A DNA stretch of 64,000 nucleotides from an uncultured Chromatiales bacterium (GTDB lineage: Bacteria; Bacteroidota; Ignavibacteria; SZUA-365), in the NCBI GenBank assembly GCA_964371045.1, contig CAYJMN010000015.1, forward strand, positions 1,989 through 65,988. Direction: 5' to 3'. The notes under the pieces are model-generated. The model did no database searches. It was not told the DNA's origin and saw nothing but the letters and a program-made list of their open reading frames with translations. The position numbers and the translations under genes were made by a program. Positions within the stretch are counted from its first letter, which is position 1. Every line of letters begins with the position of its first letter. Below are positions 9,006 through 17,293 of this stretch, in pieces.

Positions 9006-9848
9006 ATGAAGAGTAGTGGATTTCTTCGCCATCTTGTGCTTGGCGCCCTGCTGGTCGCCATGTTCTCGGCATTCGCCGCGCCAGTCTTGTACGCTCAGGA
9101 GGGCGGATCAGACATGATTTCGCTCGAGGAGATGAAAAACAAGCTGCGCGATGAAGGTAGAGGCCGCGATCTCAGTCAGCTTACCCATTCCGAATTGGAA
9201 CTGATCAAAAAATCACCAGGCGGGATGATTGGCAATCTTTTCAATACCGAGTATGTGTTCAAAATCGGTATCTCCACGTTCATCCTCAACCTGTTCGCGA
9301 TCATGCTCGTCACCTTCATTTCGTTTTTCGTCGTCGTGTTTTTCTTCACTCCCATAGGCATTTTTCTGTTCAGGGGCGGATTGCATGCGTTCGTGGGAGC
9401 GATCCTGAAATCGACGGGCCTGTCCACCAAGTTCGGCGACCATCTCATCAAGAAACCGAAGTACTGGCTGCAGAAGGAAAAGCGCGTACGTCAGGGATTC
9501 GCGATGTACATGCACAACGATTTTATTCCGGACTACAAGAACAACATCACCGCCATCGCCTTTATCGGAACCGCGTTCCTTATTCTCAACATCGGTCTCC
9601 GCGGTGTGAAATTCATGACGGCGCATGAGCCCAGCCTCATCGTTATCGCCATCCTCGTGGAAATCACCGTGCTTTTACTCCTCGGTATGACCACATGGTA
9701 CGAGAAGGAAGAGAAGGACGACGAAGCAGGCGCAGGCGCGGGACTTCCTGGAAAGCAGCTTTCTCTGGCCGAGGTCGAGCGCAAGCTTGATGCACTCAAG
9801 CAGGAACTCGAGTCAAGCGTTCGTACGGAAACAGGTCTTCGCCAGTAA
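9006..9848 (+). CDS. GldL/PorL-like membrane protein (copy 2) with a signal peptide and an extra TM segment
   Basis: Signal peptide ending VLYA-QE, a hydrophobic segment at about aa 88-122, a basic loop, the hairpin AIAFIGTAFLILNIGLR...IAILVEITVLLLLG (Glu219), and a short coiled-coil tail. Confidence 0.5.
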   Translation: MKSSGFLRHLVLGALLVAMFSAFAAPVLYAQEGGSDMISLEEMKNKLRDEGRGRDLSQLTHSELELIKKSPGGMIGNLFNTEYVFKIGISTFILNLFAIMLVTFISFFVVVFFFTPIGIFLFRGGLHAFVGAILKSTGLSTKFGDHLIKKPKYWLQKEKRVRQGFAMYMHNDFIPDYKNNITAIAFIGTAFLILNIGLRGVKFMTAHEPSLIVIAILVEITVLLLLGMTTWYEKEEKDDEAGAGAGLPGKQLSLAEVERKLDALKQELESSVRTETGLRQ

Positions 9849-9884
9849 GGGGCGCGAGACGATATCTTTCCAAGGAGAACAATT

Positions 9885-11489
9885 ATGGCAAGTTCAGGCG
9901 ATCATTATAAAAAATACCAGGTCTATTTCTTCCTGTATCTCGCCGTCATCTGCGAGCTGCTCATCATCATCGTGGAACGCGATGATGCCGAAGCGGAACT
10001 GATGGCGCAGCAGCGCGCACTGGAAGAAAAAAACCGCCGCATCATCCTCGAGCTGCTCAAGAATATGCCTGCGGTAGCCGCCGCGGGCGACAACCAGCTC
10101 AAGGTCAACGAAGAACGTAAATTCACCATCTCGGTCAAGGGTCTTGGCGATTCCGATGAAGTCACCACCCCACCCGAAGTGAAAGTCTATAAGGAAGGCC
10201 TCGAAGTACAGACGCTTCGCTACCCGGATCAGATTCAGGATTCCATCCGGCACGCCGCTACGGGAGAGCGCCTGTATCGCTTCACCTGGAAGGCCGAACT
10301 GGGCCCGGGTATCTTTGAATTGTGGGTGCAAGCGGGTACGAACCGCGTATCCTTGCAGCCGGACATCGAGGAAGGTAAAGGAAAAATAAAGGTCGGCTCG
10401 CTCGAGTTCACGCGCAAGGAAATCCGCAGCGCGCTCGATTCCGATCCCCAGATGGTTGGTGTACCCATTGAAGAGATTATCCGTCAGTCGGAAAATCTGA
10501 CTCCCGACAAGTTCGTGGTGGAGGTCGTTTCCGAAGAGTACGATCAACTCCAGATTCAGGCGGATCAGCTCGTGACCGCGGTAGGTTTCCCCAGCTTCAA
10601 CGAAATCAAGGTTCGCGGCACTACGGTCGACAAGATCTCCGGCATGCCCATCGTGGGCGGAGGTATTGCTCTTGATCCTTTGAATCGATCCAATCCGTAT
10701 TACAATACCGATCCCGAGCGCGGACGCTGGGTCTGGTCCGGCACGTTCAACGAAGCAGGCACACGCCGCATTACCGTTGAGGCGCGCGACAGACGCAACG
10801 CAGGCGCGAAGAGCGTATCGCGGCCGATCAGCTTCGACGTCATCGTTAAAAAACCGTACCTGAGCCGTAGAAGGCCGCCGGGTGCTTTCATCAACGAAGT
10901 ATTCGAGATGTATCTCAACGTCGCTGGTCTCGAGGACGTTGGAAGCTACACCTACGAGATCGCGCTGGATGGCAAGGAAGTCGAAAGCGGCTCAGGAAAC
11001 GTCATCAAGTATAAGGTGCCGAGTGACGCCATCGGAAAAGCGATGATTATCAAATCGAAATATCGCAACAGACCCTATCAGGTGCTGGTGGATTCCGCGG
11101 CGGAGAACCTGACCACATCCGAATTCGTGTTCAACGTATCGGCGCCGATCGACAGAATCGGGTCGCAATCCTTCGCGAACGGTGGCGAGTATCCCATCAA
11201 CAACGTCTTCCAGTTCGTCGCGGCCCGTTGCGGACGCTGCGTAGGTGGAAATATCCGGAATATTCAGCAATCCGACATTCGCATCGAAGCGGAATCCGAA
11301 GACGGCCAGGATCTGGTTGACGAAGTGCAGGTCATGCCCCGGACGAATCCCAATACCGGCATGGAGCAGGGAAGTCTCGTCAAATTCTTCCTGAAGGGCA
11401 AGGTCAAGCGTGATGGTACGGAAGCCACGATTACCATTAGGTATGGTACCGTGAACGAGAAGTACAATGTCATGTTGTACTCCGAATAA
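9885..11489 (+). CDS. GldM/PorM-like single-pass membrane protein (copy 2)
   Basis: MASSGDHYKKYQVYFFLYLAVICELLIIIVER (K10...Y18, LYL motif), a helical stalk, then Ig-like domains that align with the 7267 protein (PYL...P...F...V.GL...SGSG.V..Y..P...GK.M.I...Y..R.Y). Confidence 0.55.
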   Translation: MASSGDHYKKYQVYFFLYLAVICELLIIIVERDDAEAELMAQQRALEEKNRRIILELLKNMPAVAAAGDNQLKVNEERKFTISVKGLGDSDEVTTPPEVKVYKEGLEVQTLRYPDQIQDSIRHAATGERLYRFTWKAELGPGIFELWVQAGTNRVSLQPDIEEGKGKIKVGSLEFTRKEIRSALDSDPQMVGVPIEEIIRQSENLTPDKFVVEVVSEEYDQLQIQADQLVTAVGFPSFNEIKVRGTTVDKISGMPIVGGGIALDPLNRSNPYYNTDPERGRWVWSGTFNEAGTRRITVEARDRRNAGAKSVSRPISFDVIVKKPYLSRRRPPGAFINEVFEMYLNVAGLEDVGSYTYEIALDGKEVESGSGNVIKYKVPSDAIGKAMIIKSKYRNRPYQVLVDSAAENLTTSEFVFNVSAPIDRIGSQSFANGGEYPINNVFQFVAARCGRCVGGNIRNIQQSDIRIEAESEDGQDLVDEVQVMPRTNPNTGMEQGSLVKFFLKGKVKRDGTEATITIRYGTVNEKYNVMLYSE

Positions 11490-11555
11490 ACGGCGAATCG
11501 CATGACCACGATATTCGCGAAGTTGAACGACAAACCCGATAGCAGAGGATATTCC

Positions 11556-13601
11556 ATGAGCAAGCAACTCATTGTACGTGCCCTATTCGTCGTGGCACTC
11601 CTTGCAATGTTCACGCCGCCGCTTTTCGCCCAGGTGGACCGCGACGTCAAGGAGAAGCAGGGTGACCTGAAAGAGGAGTACAACGACGCCCAGGAGAAAA
11701 ACCAGATCATCCGGTCCGCCGCGCAGGACAAACCGCGCGCATCGACCGGCCGCCGTCGCACAAGCGCGACGACGGGTTATGACTATACGCAAGTGAAGGG
11801 TTTCGCCCTGAAACAGTTCTATGATCGTATCGATAAGGTGTTCGAGCGCGCCAACGACCTGGGATTGTTCGAGGAGGAATACCGTCTCGACGGTACCTTT
11901 GAAGTCGCGGGCCGCAAAGGTAAAGGCAGCACCCAGGTTCGCAAGATCGAAGTGTACTACGTTGAAGCGACGCCGGAGGAACAGGAAAACTACGGCATCG
12001 AACCTTTCCAGATCATCGAAGTGTACGTCGAGAAACTCGAGGTCCTGCCGCCGGAGGAAACCGGTACGGAAGACGCCGAGGACGGTGAAGGCTTCGGAGA
12101 TTTCGGCGGTTCAAGCGGTGAGCCCGTTGCGAAAGGCTTCACGGTTTCGGGTTCCGATCTGATGAGCGTCCTGCAGCTCGCCGACGAAGCGTTGTACGAC
12201 GACCTTCTCAGCAAGCGCAGCCAGTCCACTTCCATCGCTCTTCCCGAGCGTGGCGACTGGATGCCCGGCAAAGTCGGTCCCTTTATCGTGATGACGCAGC
12301 GAGAGCTGGAAACGACAACCAGCCGCTTCACGGATTTCTGGAGCACCCGCGATACGCTCGAGGGCTCTGTGCAGATTCCGCAGTTCGACGCGGCCGGCCC
12401 TTTCTACGAACAGTCTATTCCGGTATTTTTCCCGGAAATAACGAAACTGCGCATCCGCAATCCTGAAAACCGTCCGGTAAAAATCACGAACATTCAGTTC
12501 GTCGGTCCGAACGCGGACATGTTCGAGGTCAAGTCCAAGTTCCCGATTCAACTCACCGAGAAGAACGGGACTTTGGACAAAATCGACATCGAATACAATT
12601 TCCTCAGCGACACGAAATACGAGACGCGTGGGCAGATGTTGATCGATGCGAAGGAAGCGGGTCTGCAACAGTACGTGGATGTGATGGCCAATCCCGGCAT
12701 TCATCCGGCGGATTTCGTCACCCTCGACGCATCCCTGGACAAGATTTCGCTTCGATCGCCCGCCCGTTCAGGCTTTGCACCCAACTGGAGACTTTCCTAT
12801 ACGATCGGGAATGATGAGATCGGTCTTCCGCGGTGGTCAACCGGTATTTCTTCGCTTTCCATTGGATTCAAAAACCAGATGAGCGTAGGCGTCGTTCTGC
12901 CGATGAACATGATCGCACCGGATCTCCCGAGCCCGCTCGCGTTCAACAAGGGTCTGCTTTCATCCCCATCGGGATACAGTGCCTCCTTCGACTTCACGTT
13001 CGGTTTCCCGTTCTCGCTGGGAGGCAGCCTGTACGTCATCAACGATTTCGACGGCCAGGACGCGTACAGTCATCTCAAGGTGAGCAACGTCGGTCCGGAG
13101 TTTCAGGGCGACGCTGATTACCGCGGCGATTTCTTCCATCTATCGACCATCGCCCTGGTGTACTATCCCATCATGTTCAAGGACAAGGCCTTCAACGCCA
13201 ACATGGCCTTCCGTTTGAATATCGGTGGTGGTTACCTGAACGTCAGGCGCGATCATCTCGTTTCCGATTTCGAAGCGGAACAAGGGGTGATAAAACTCGA
13301 TCGGCAGTTCAAGCTCGAAGATGCGGGGACAATGGTGACGCTGGGCAAGCAGAAGGACTATTTCGACGTATATGTCCGCATGTCCTTCATCAATCTGAGT
13401 TCCACCAATCGTTACGGCCTTGGTCTTCAGTACTTCTCCGGTCGCATGATGACGGATGCCTTCCTCGAACTGACGAGCTGGCTTCGCGTCGAGGCGAAAT
13501 ATTCCTTCCTGCTTCGCACGAAGGAGGTGTGGGAGAGCGAGAACAGCTACTTCCTGATCACGCCCCGTCTGCGCATCGGGCTTCCTTCCATTTTTAATTG
13601 A
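11556..13601 (+). CDS. Secreted protein with an Ig-like (ASH/choice-of-anchor D-like) domain and a C-terminal beta-barrel
   Basis: RBS AGAGGA and ATG at 11556; signal peptide ending PLFA-Q; LRIRNPENRPVKITNIQFVG Ig-like strands; a C-terminal series of amphipathic beta strands. Confidence 0.6.
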   Translation: MSKQLIVRALFVVALLAMFTPPLFAQVDRDVKEKQGDLKEEYNDAQEKNQIIRSAAQDKPRASTGRRRTSATTGYDYTQVKGFALKQFYDRIDKVFERANDLGLFEEEYRLDGTFEVAGRKGKGSTQVRKIEVYYVEATPEEQENYGIEPFQIIEVYVEKLEVLPPEETGTEDAEDGEGFGDFGGSSGEPVAKGFTVSGSDLMSVLQLADEALYDDLLSKRSQSTSIALPERGDWMPGKVGPFIVMTQRELETTTSRFTDFWSTRDTLEGSVQIPQFDAAGPFYEQSIPVFFPEITKLRIRNPENRPVKITNIQFVGPNADMFEVKSKFPIQLTEKNGTLDKIDIEYNFLSDTKYETRGQMLIDAKEAGLQQYVDVMANPGIHPADFVTLDASLDKISLRSPARSGFAPNWRLSYTIGNDEIGLPRWSTGISSLSIGFKNQMSVGVVLPMNMIAPDLPSPLAFNKGLLSSPSGYSASFDFTFGFPFSLGGSLYVINDFDGQDAYSHLKVSNVGPEFQGDADYRGDFFHLSTIALVYYPIMFKDKAFNANMAFRLNIGGGYLNVRRDHLVSDFEAEQGVIKLDRQFKLEDAGTMVTLGKQKDYFDVYVRMSFINLSSTNRYGLGLQYFSGRMMTDAFLELTSWLRVEAKYSFLLRTKEVWESENSYFLITPRLRIGLPSIFN

Positions 13602-13615
13602 AAGGGGGCGGTATC

Positions 13616-15331
13616 ATGAAGAATGTTCCATTTTCAAGCACGGAAATACAAGGCATGCAGACGAAACACCGACTTCTCCCGTTCCTGGTTCTGGTCTTCA
13701 TCGCAGCGCTGGTCGCCCCTTCGTTTGTTCAGGCGCAAAGCTCCGGCGATGCGCTGACGAATGTAGAACAGATCCTGCGTTTCATGAAGAGCGCGAACTA
13801 TTCCGAGGATGACATGCTTCGGCGCATGGCATGGGGCGACAAGATCGTCACGGACATGGCATCCTACCGTCCCGGCGAAGACGACCGCCAGAACTATCTC
13901 CGCTTGCTCGACGTCGCCATCGACCATTACAAGGACGAGAACGATCGTCTCCGCGTACTTCTTCGCGCGTTGACCAGTCTCGATCCGCTCGTCAACAAGT
14001 ACTTCCCGCAGTGGATTATCCAGGACGAACCGACCATCCTCGAAGTCATGCGCAAGGTCCGCGACAACCGTGACGATCTTCGCGACGCCGAGGCGGTGAC
14101 GATCGCCGAACGTGTGCTTACCGGAAAAGCGCGCATGCGCATTATCCAGAGCCCGAAGGACGATCAGAACCTGATCGCCATTATTATCGAGAAAGCCCGA
14201 CCGCACGACGAGGAAAACCTGTCCGCCGGCTTCATGACGAACAAGGATAACAGCGACTTCGACGATTACCGCATCGTCGGCCGCCGCAATCTCCGCGAAG
14301 TCCTGACGCCCGACCTCTACGATTATGTCGTGCGCCGCGAGTCGTATGCGCATCTGGACGAAACCGGCGCCCTCAAACCGGCTCCGTATGTCGCCGAAGC
14401 CACCATCAGCATTCCTTTCGGTGGCGGATTTCTGTGGACGCTCGATGCGGACGAACGTGCGAGCGATGGCGTCGCATTGCAGCCATCGCGCATTCGCGCC
14501 GGTTTCGAACTGAAGATCGGCAACGATTGGGTCAACCTGCCTTTTCTCTATGGAGCGCAGTGGAACACCTTGTTCGTTTACGAACCTTCGAGCACCGAAC
14601 GCATCAAAATCGGCCCGTCCATCCCCTTCGGCTTTGGCGACATCACCGTGAAGGATGATTTCCCGGTCTTCCAGCCCCGCACCATCAACGGCACATGGGG
14701 CGCCGCCGGTGAATACTTCAAGCAGCTTTCCAACACCGCGGGTACTGTAGGTTCCGATGCCGACGGTATCGGCGCGGCCGCCTTTGTTTCCTTCGGGCTT
14801 CCCAAGCTTGGAAACAAAAAGATCACGGACGCCAACGGCACGATTATCAACGGCGAGGAGGTCAATCAGGTATATGACCCGAACGACCCCGGAAAGTCGT
14901 TCCTCATGAACCGATTCTATTATCTCGCTTCGACGGCCACGCTGTATTACTGGCGCGATCTGGGCTTTGCCCTGGATGGTTTGCGAATTGCGGCTGGTCT
15001 CGGTCACCAGAAGGTTATCGAGGCTCAGCGCCGCGATCCCGCTCTGTTCCCCGGTTCGGATCCGAACCTTATATTCGATTCCGTCCGCACGGTGGCTGAT
15101 CACACCACTCTTGACCTGTTCGCGCGACTGACCTACGATCACATGGGTAAAACCAGCTACGGTGTCGCCATGCAGTATTTCAACGGTGGCCTGATGGGTG
15201 AAGTATATCTGCACATCTTCTCATGGATGCGCGCGGAAGTAAAATACTCACGTGTCGTTTTCCGTGATGTGGAGAAGTGGGAACACGAAGAGATGATCGT
15301 TCCGGGTCTCAGATTCGGGTTCGCGTTCTGA
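13616..15331 (+). CDS. Outer-membrane beta-barrel protein with a helical N-terminal domain, paralog of the 11556 gene
   Basis: Signal peptide ending VQA-Q, about 13-14 amphipathic strands, and a C-terminal PGLRFGFAF (aromatic beta-signal). It shares IGND and the YG...QYF.G..M......SW.R.E.KYS segment with the 11556 protein. Confidence 0.65.
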   Translation: MKNVPFSSTEIQGMQTKHRLLPFLVLVFIAALVAPSFVQAQSSGDALTNVEQILRFMKSANYSEDDMLRRMAWGDKIVTDMASYRPGEDDRQNYLRLLDVAIDHYKDENDRLRVLLRALTSLDPLVNKYFPQWIIQDEPTILEVMRKVRDNRDDLRDAEAVTIAERVLTGKARMRIIQSPKDDQNLIAIIIEKARPHDEENLSAGFMTNKDNSDFDDYRIVGRRNLREVLTPDLYDYVVRRESYAHLDETGALKPAPYVAEATISIPFGGGFLWTLDADERASDGVALQPSRIRAGFELKIGNDWVNLPFLYGAQWNTLFVYEPSSTERIKIGPSIPFGFGDITVKDDFPVFQPRTINGTWGAAGEYFKQLSNTAGTVGSDADGIGAAAFVSFGLPKLGNKKITDANGTIINGEEVNQVYDPNDPGKSFLMNRFYYLASTATLYYWRDLGFALDGLRIAAGLGHQKVIEAQRRDPALFPGSDPNLIFDSVRTVADHTTLDLFARLTYDHMGKTSYGVAMQYFNGGLMGEVYLHIFSWMRAEVKYSRVVFRDVEKWEHEEMIVPGLRFGFAF

Positions 15332-15374
15332 TCGCGTTCGTGAAGCATCCTGATTCCATGACGAATTGACACCT

Positions 15375-15414
15375 GATGCAGGCGATGCGCGCAAGCCATC
15401 GCCTGCATCGTTTT
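15375..15414 (+). terminator. Intrinsic terminator-like hairpin
   Basis: 13-bp perfect stem gatgcaggcgatg / catcgcctgcatc with a 9-nt loop, followed by GTTTT. Confidence 0.65.
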
Positions 15415-15487
15415 ACGCATCGCCACCGCGCCGTTCAAGGCGCATGTTCTCCTCGACGGATGTTCACGGATATCGGCGGTTCAACAC

Positions 15488-16834
15488 ATGCTGCATGTGA
15501 TCACATCTCTACTGGCGCCGCTGCTGGTCATGATTCTGCTGCAACCAGCGATGCGGAATCCCTCCGCCGTACCCCTCGCGAACTCTGAAGCCGACAGCCT
15601 TCGCAAGCCAACCATCATTTCAGCACGTACCAAGGATCCGCAACGGGTCAACGTCTCGATACGGGCGGTGGATATCAGCCGCTATCCTGAAGCGAGCGTC
15701 ATTCTCGATGCCCGCGATACCGCCAACAACCATTTCGCTCATCTGGTGAAAAGCGACCTGGTGATACTTCAGGACGGACTGCCGGTGAAAATCGAGAGTC
15801 TCGACCGCATTTCCGCGGACAACAGTCTTCCGGTCGACATTGCGTTCATTATTGATCAGACAGGCAGCATGCAACAGGAAGTGAACGAGGTGAAGGCCAA
15901 TATCATCGAATTCACGCGCCGTCTCGCATCAAGAGGTGTGGATTACCGTCTTGCGCTGATCTCCTTCAGCGACCGTATCGAACGGTACCAGGATTTCACG
16001 GAAGATGTGAAGACGTTCATTTCATGGATCGATGGTGTGAAAGTGGGAGGAGGAGGGGACGACAATGAAAATGCGCTGGAAGGACTCTTCGAGGCCACGT
16101 CGTTCAAATTCAGGCAATCGGCGCAGCGCATTTTTATCCTCATCACCGATGCGATGTATCATCAGAAAGGCGAGAGAGGCGACGGGAAAACGGATTTCAC
16201 GACAGCGTCGATGATCGATTTTCTCGTCAAACAAAATATCAAGCTTTTTGCGATCACTCCGCCGCTGATGGACGAATACCGGCAGATGACCGAAACCACG
16301 AGAGGGAAACGGTTCAACATCATTGAAGATTTCAGTTCGATACTCGATGAGTTCAGCGAGAGTCTGACAAACCTGTACGCGGTCAGGTACAGGATTTCCG
16401 ATGAAGTACCACCCGAAAAAATTGATCTTGAAATCAGAAATATGAACAACGAGACCGTGCTGCGCGAATCGCATACGGTGCTCGAAGTCGATAAAAAATT
16501 CGTTCTGGATAATATTCTGTTCGATTTCAACCGCGCCACGTTCGACATGACGTACACCGACGATCTTGGCAGGATCATCGCCATGCTGAATATGTATCAG
16601 GGGATGCACATCGAAATTCGCGGACACACCGATTTTATCGGAAGCGACGAGTACAACGTCGCGCTCTCCGACGCCCGCGCCCGCGCGGTGAAGAAGTTTT
16701 TCTCGGATCGCGGCGTCAGCACGGATCGCATGACTACGCGCGGTATGGGGAAATCACAGCCTGTGGCGCCAAACGATACCGAACTGGGACGACGCCTCAA
16801 CCGCCGCACCGAGATCGTCATTACGCGCAAGTAA
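15488..16834 (+). CDS. vWA domain plus OmpA-like peptidoglycan-binding domain protein
   Basis: VDIAFIIDQTGSM (MIDAS), RIFILITDA; C-terminal NILFDFN...IEIRGHTD..GSDEYN..LS..RA..V...NRRTE. Confidence 0.9.
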   Translation: MLHVITSLLAPLLVMILLQPAMRNPSAVPLANSEADSLRKPTIISARTKDPQRVNVSIRAVDISRYPEASVILDARDTANNHFAHLVKSDLVILQDGLPVKIESLDRISADNSLPVDIAFIIDQTGSMQQEVNEVKANIIEFTRRLASRGVDYRLALISFSDRIERYQDFTEDVKTFISWIDGVKVGGGGDDNENALEGLFEATSFKFRQSAQRIFILITDAMYHQKGERGDGKTDFTTASMIDFLVKQNIKLFAITPPLMDEYRQMTETTRGKRFNIIEDFSSILDEFSESLTNLYAVRYRISDEVPPEKIDLEIRNMNNETVLRESHTVLEVDKKFVLDNILFDFNRATFDMTYTDDLGRIIAMLNMYQGMHIEIRGHTDFIGSDEYNVALSDARARAVKKFFSDRGVSTDRMTTRGMGKSQPVAPNDTELGRRLNRRTEIVITRK

Positions 16835-16866
16835 CCGCCGCCTGCGGTCGGATTTCCTTCCGCGTA

Positions 16867-17280
16867 CTACTCTCCCATGACTTTGACGATCAAGCGTTTG
16901 CGGCGTTTGCCGTCGAATTCAGCATAGTAGATCTGCTGCCACGGACCCAGATCGAGCTTTCCGCCGGTAACGGGCACGACGACTTCGTGATGCACGAGCA
17001 GACTTTTAAGATGCGCATCACCGTTGGTCTCTCCGGTTCGATGATGTCGGTACTCTTTGTTGAACGGCGCGAGATGTTCCAGCCAGTCGTCGATGTCGGC
17101 GATGAGGCCGTCTTCGGCATCGTTGACGTAGACGCCCGCGGTAATGTGCATTGCGGAAACGAGGATCATGCCCTCCGAAATTCCACTCTTTCGTAATGCT
17201 TCGTCCACTTCACGGGTGATGTTGATATATTCCCGTTTGTGACGTGTATTGAACCACAGGTATTCAGTTTGAAATTTCAC
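16867..17280 (-). CDS. yjbQ: YjbQ / UPF0047 family protein (secondary thiamine-phosphate synthase)
   Basis: [41 protein letters not shown]. The likely start is GTG at 17280 (137 aa), not 17490. Confidence 0.9.
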   Translation of the reverse strand: MKFQTEYLWFNTRHKREYINITREVDEALRKSGISEGMILVSAMHITAGVYVNDAEDGLIADIDDWLEHLAPFNKEYRHHRTGETNGDAHLKSLLVHHEVVVPVTGGKLDLGPWQQIYYAEFDGKRRKRLIVKVMGE

Positions 17281-17293
17281 GGTCGGCTCCAGG

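Noticed and set aside
6452-11489. Calling the L/M genes MotA/MotB, ExbB/ExbD or TolQ/TolR
   Set aside because: The L proteins have a two-helix hairpin rather than the 3-4 TM MotA/ExbB pattern. The M proteins lack the MotB/ExbD TM-Asp motif and OmpA or ExbD periplasmic domains, and fit the GldM R/K-x7-Y pattern better.
13634-15214. 526-aa minus-strand ORF, and similar long antisense ORFs at 20848-22098, 29180-30637 and 59007-60272
   Set aside because: They lie entirely opposite well-supported genes; long antisense frames are expected from GC-rich codon bias.
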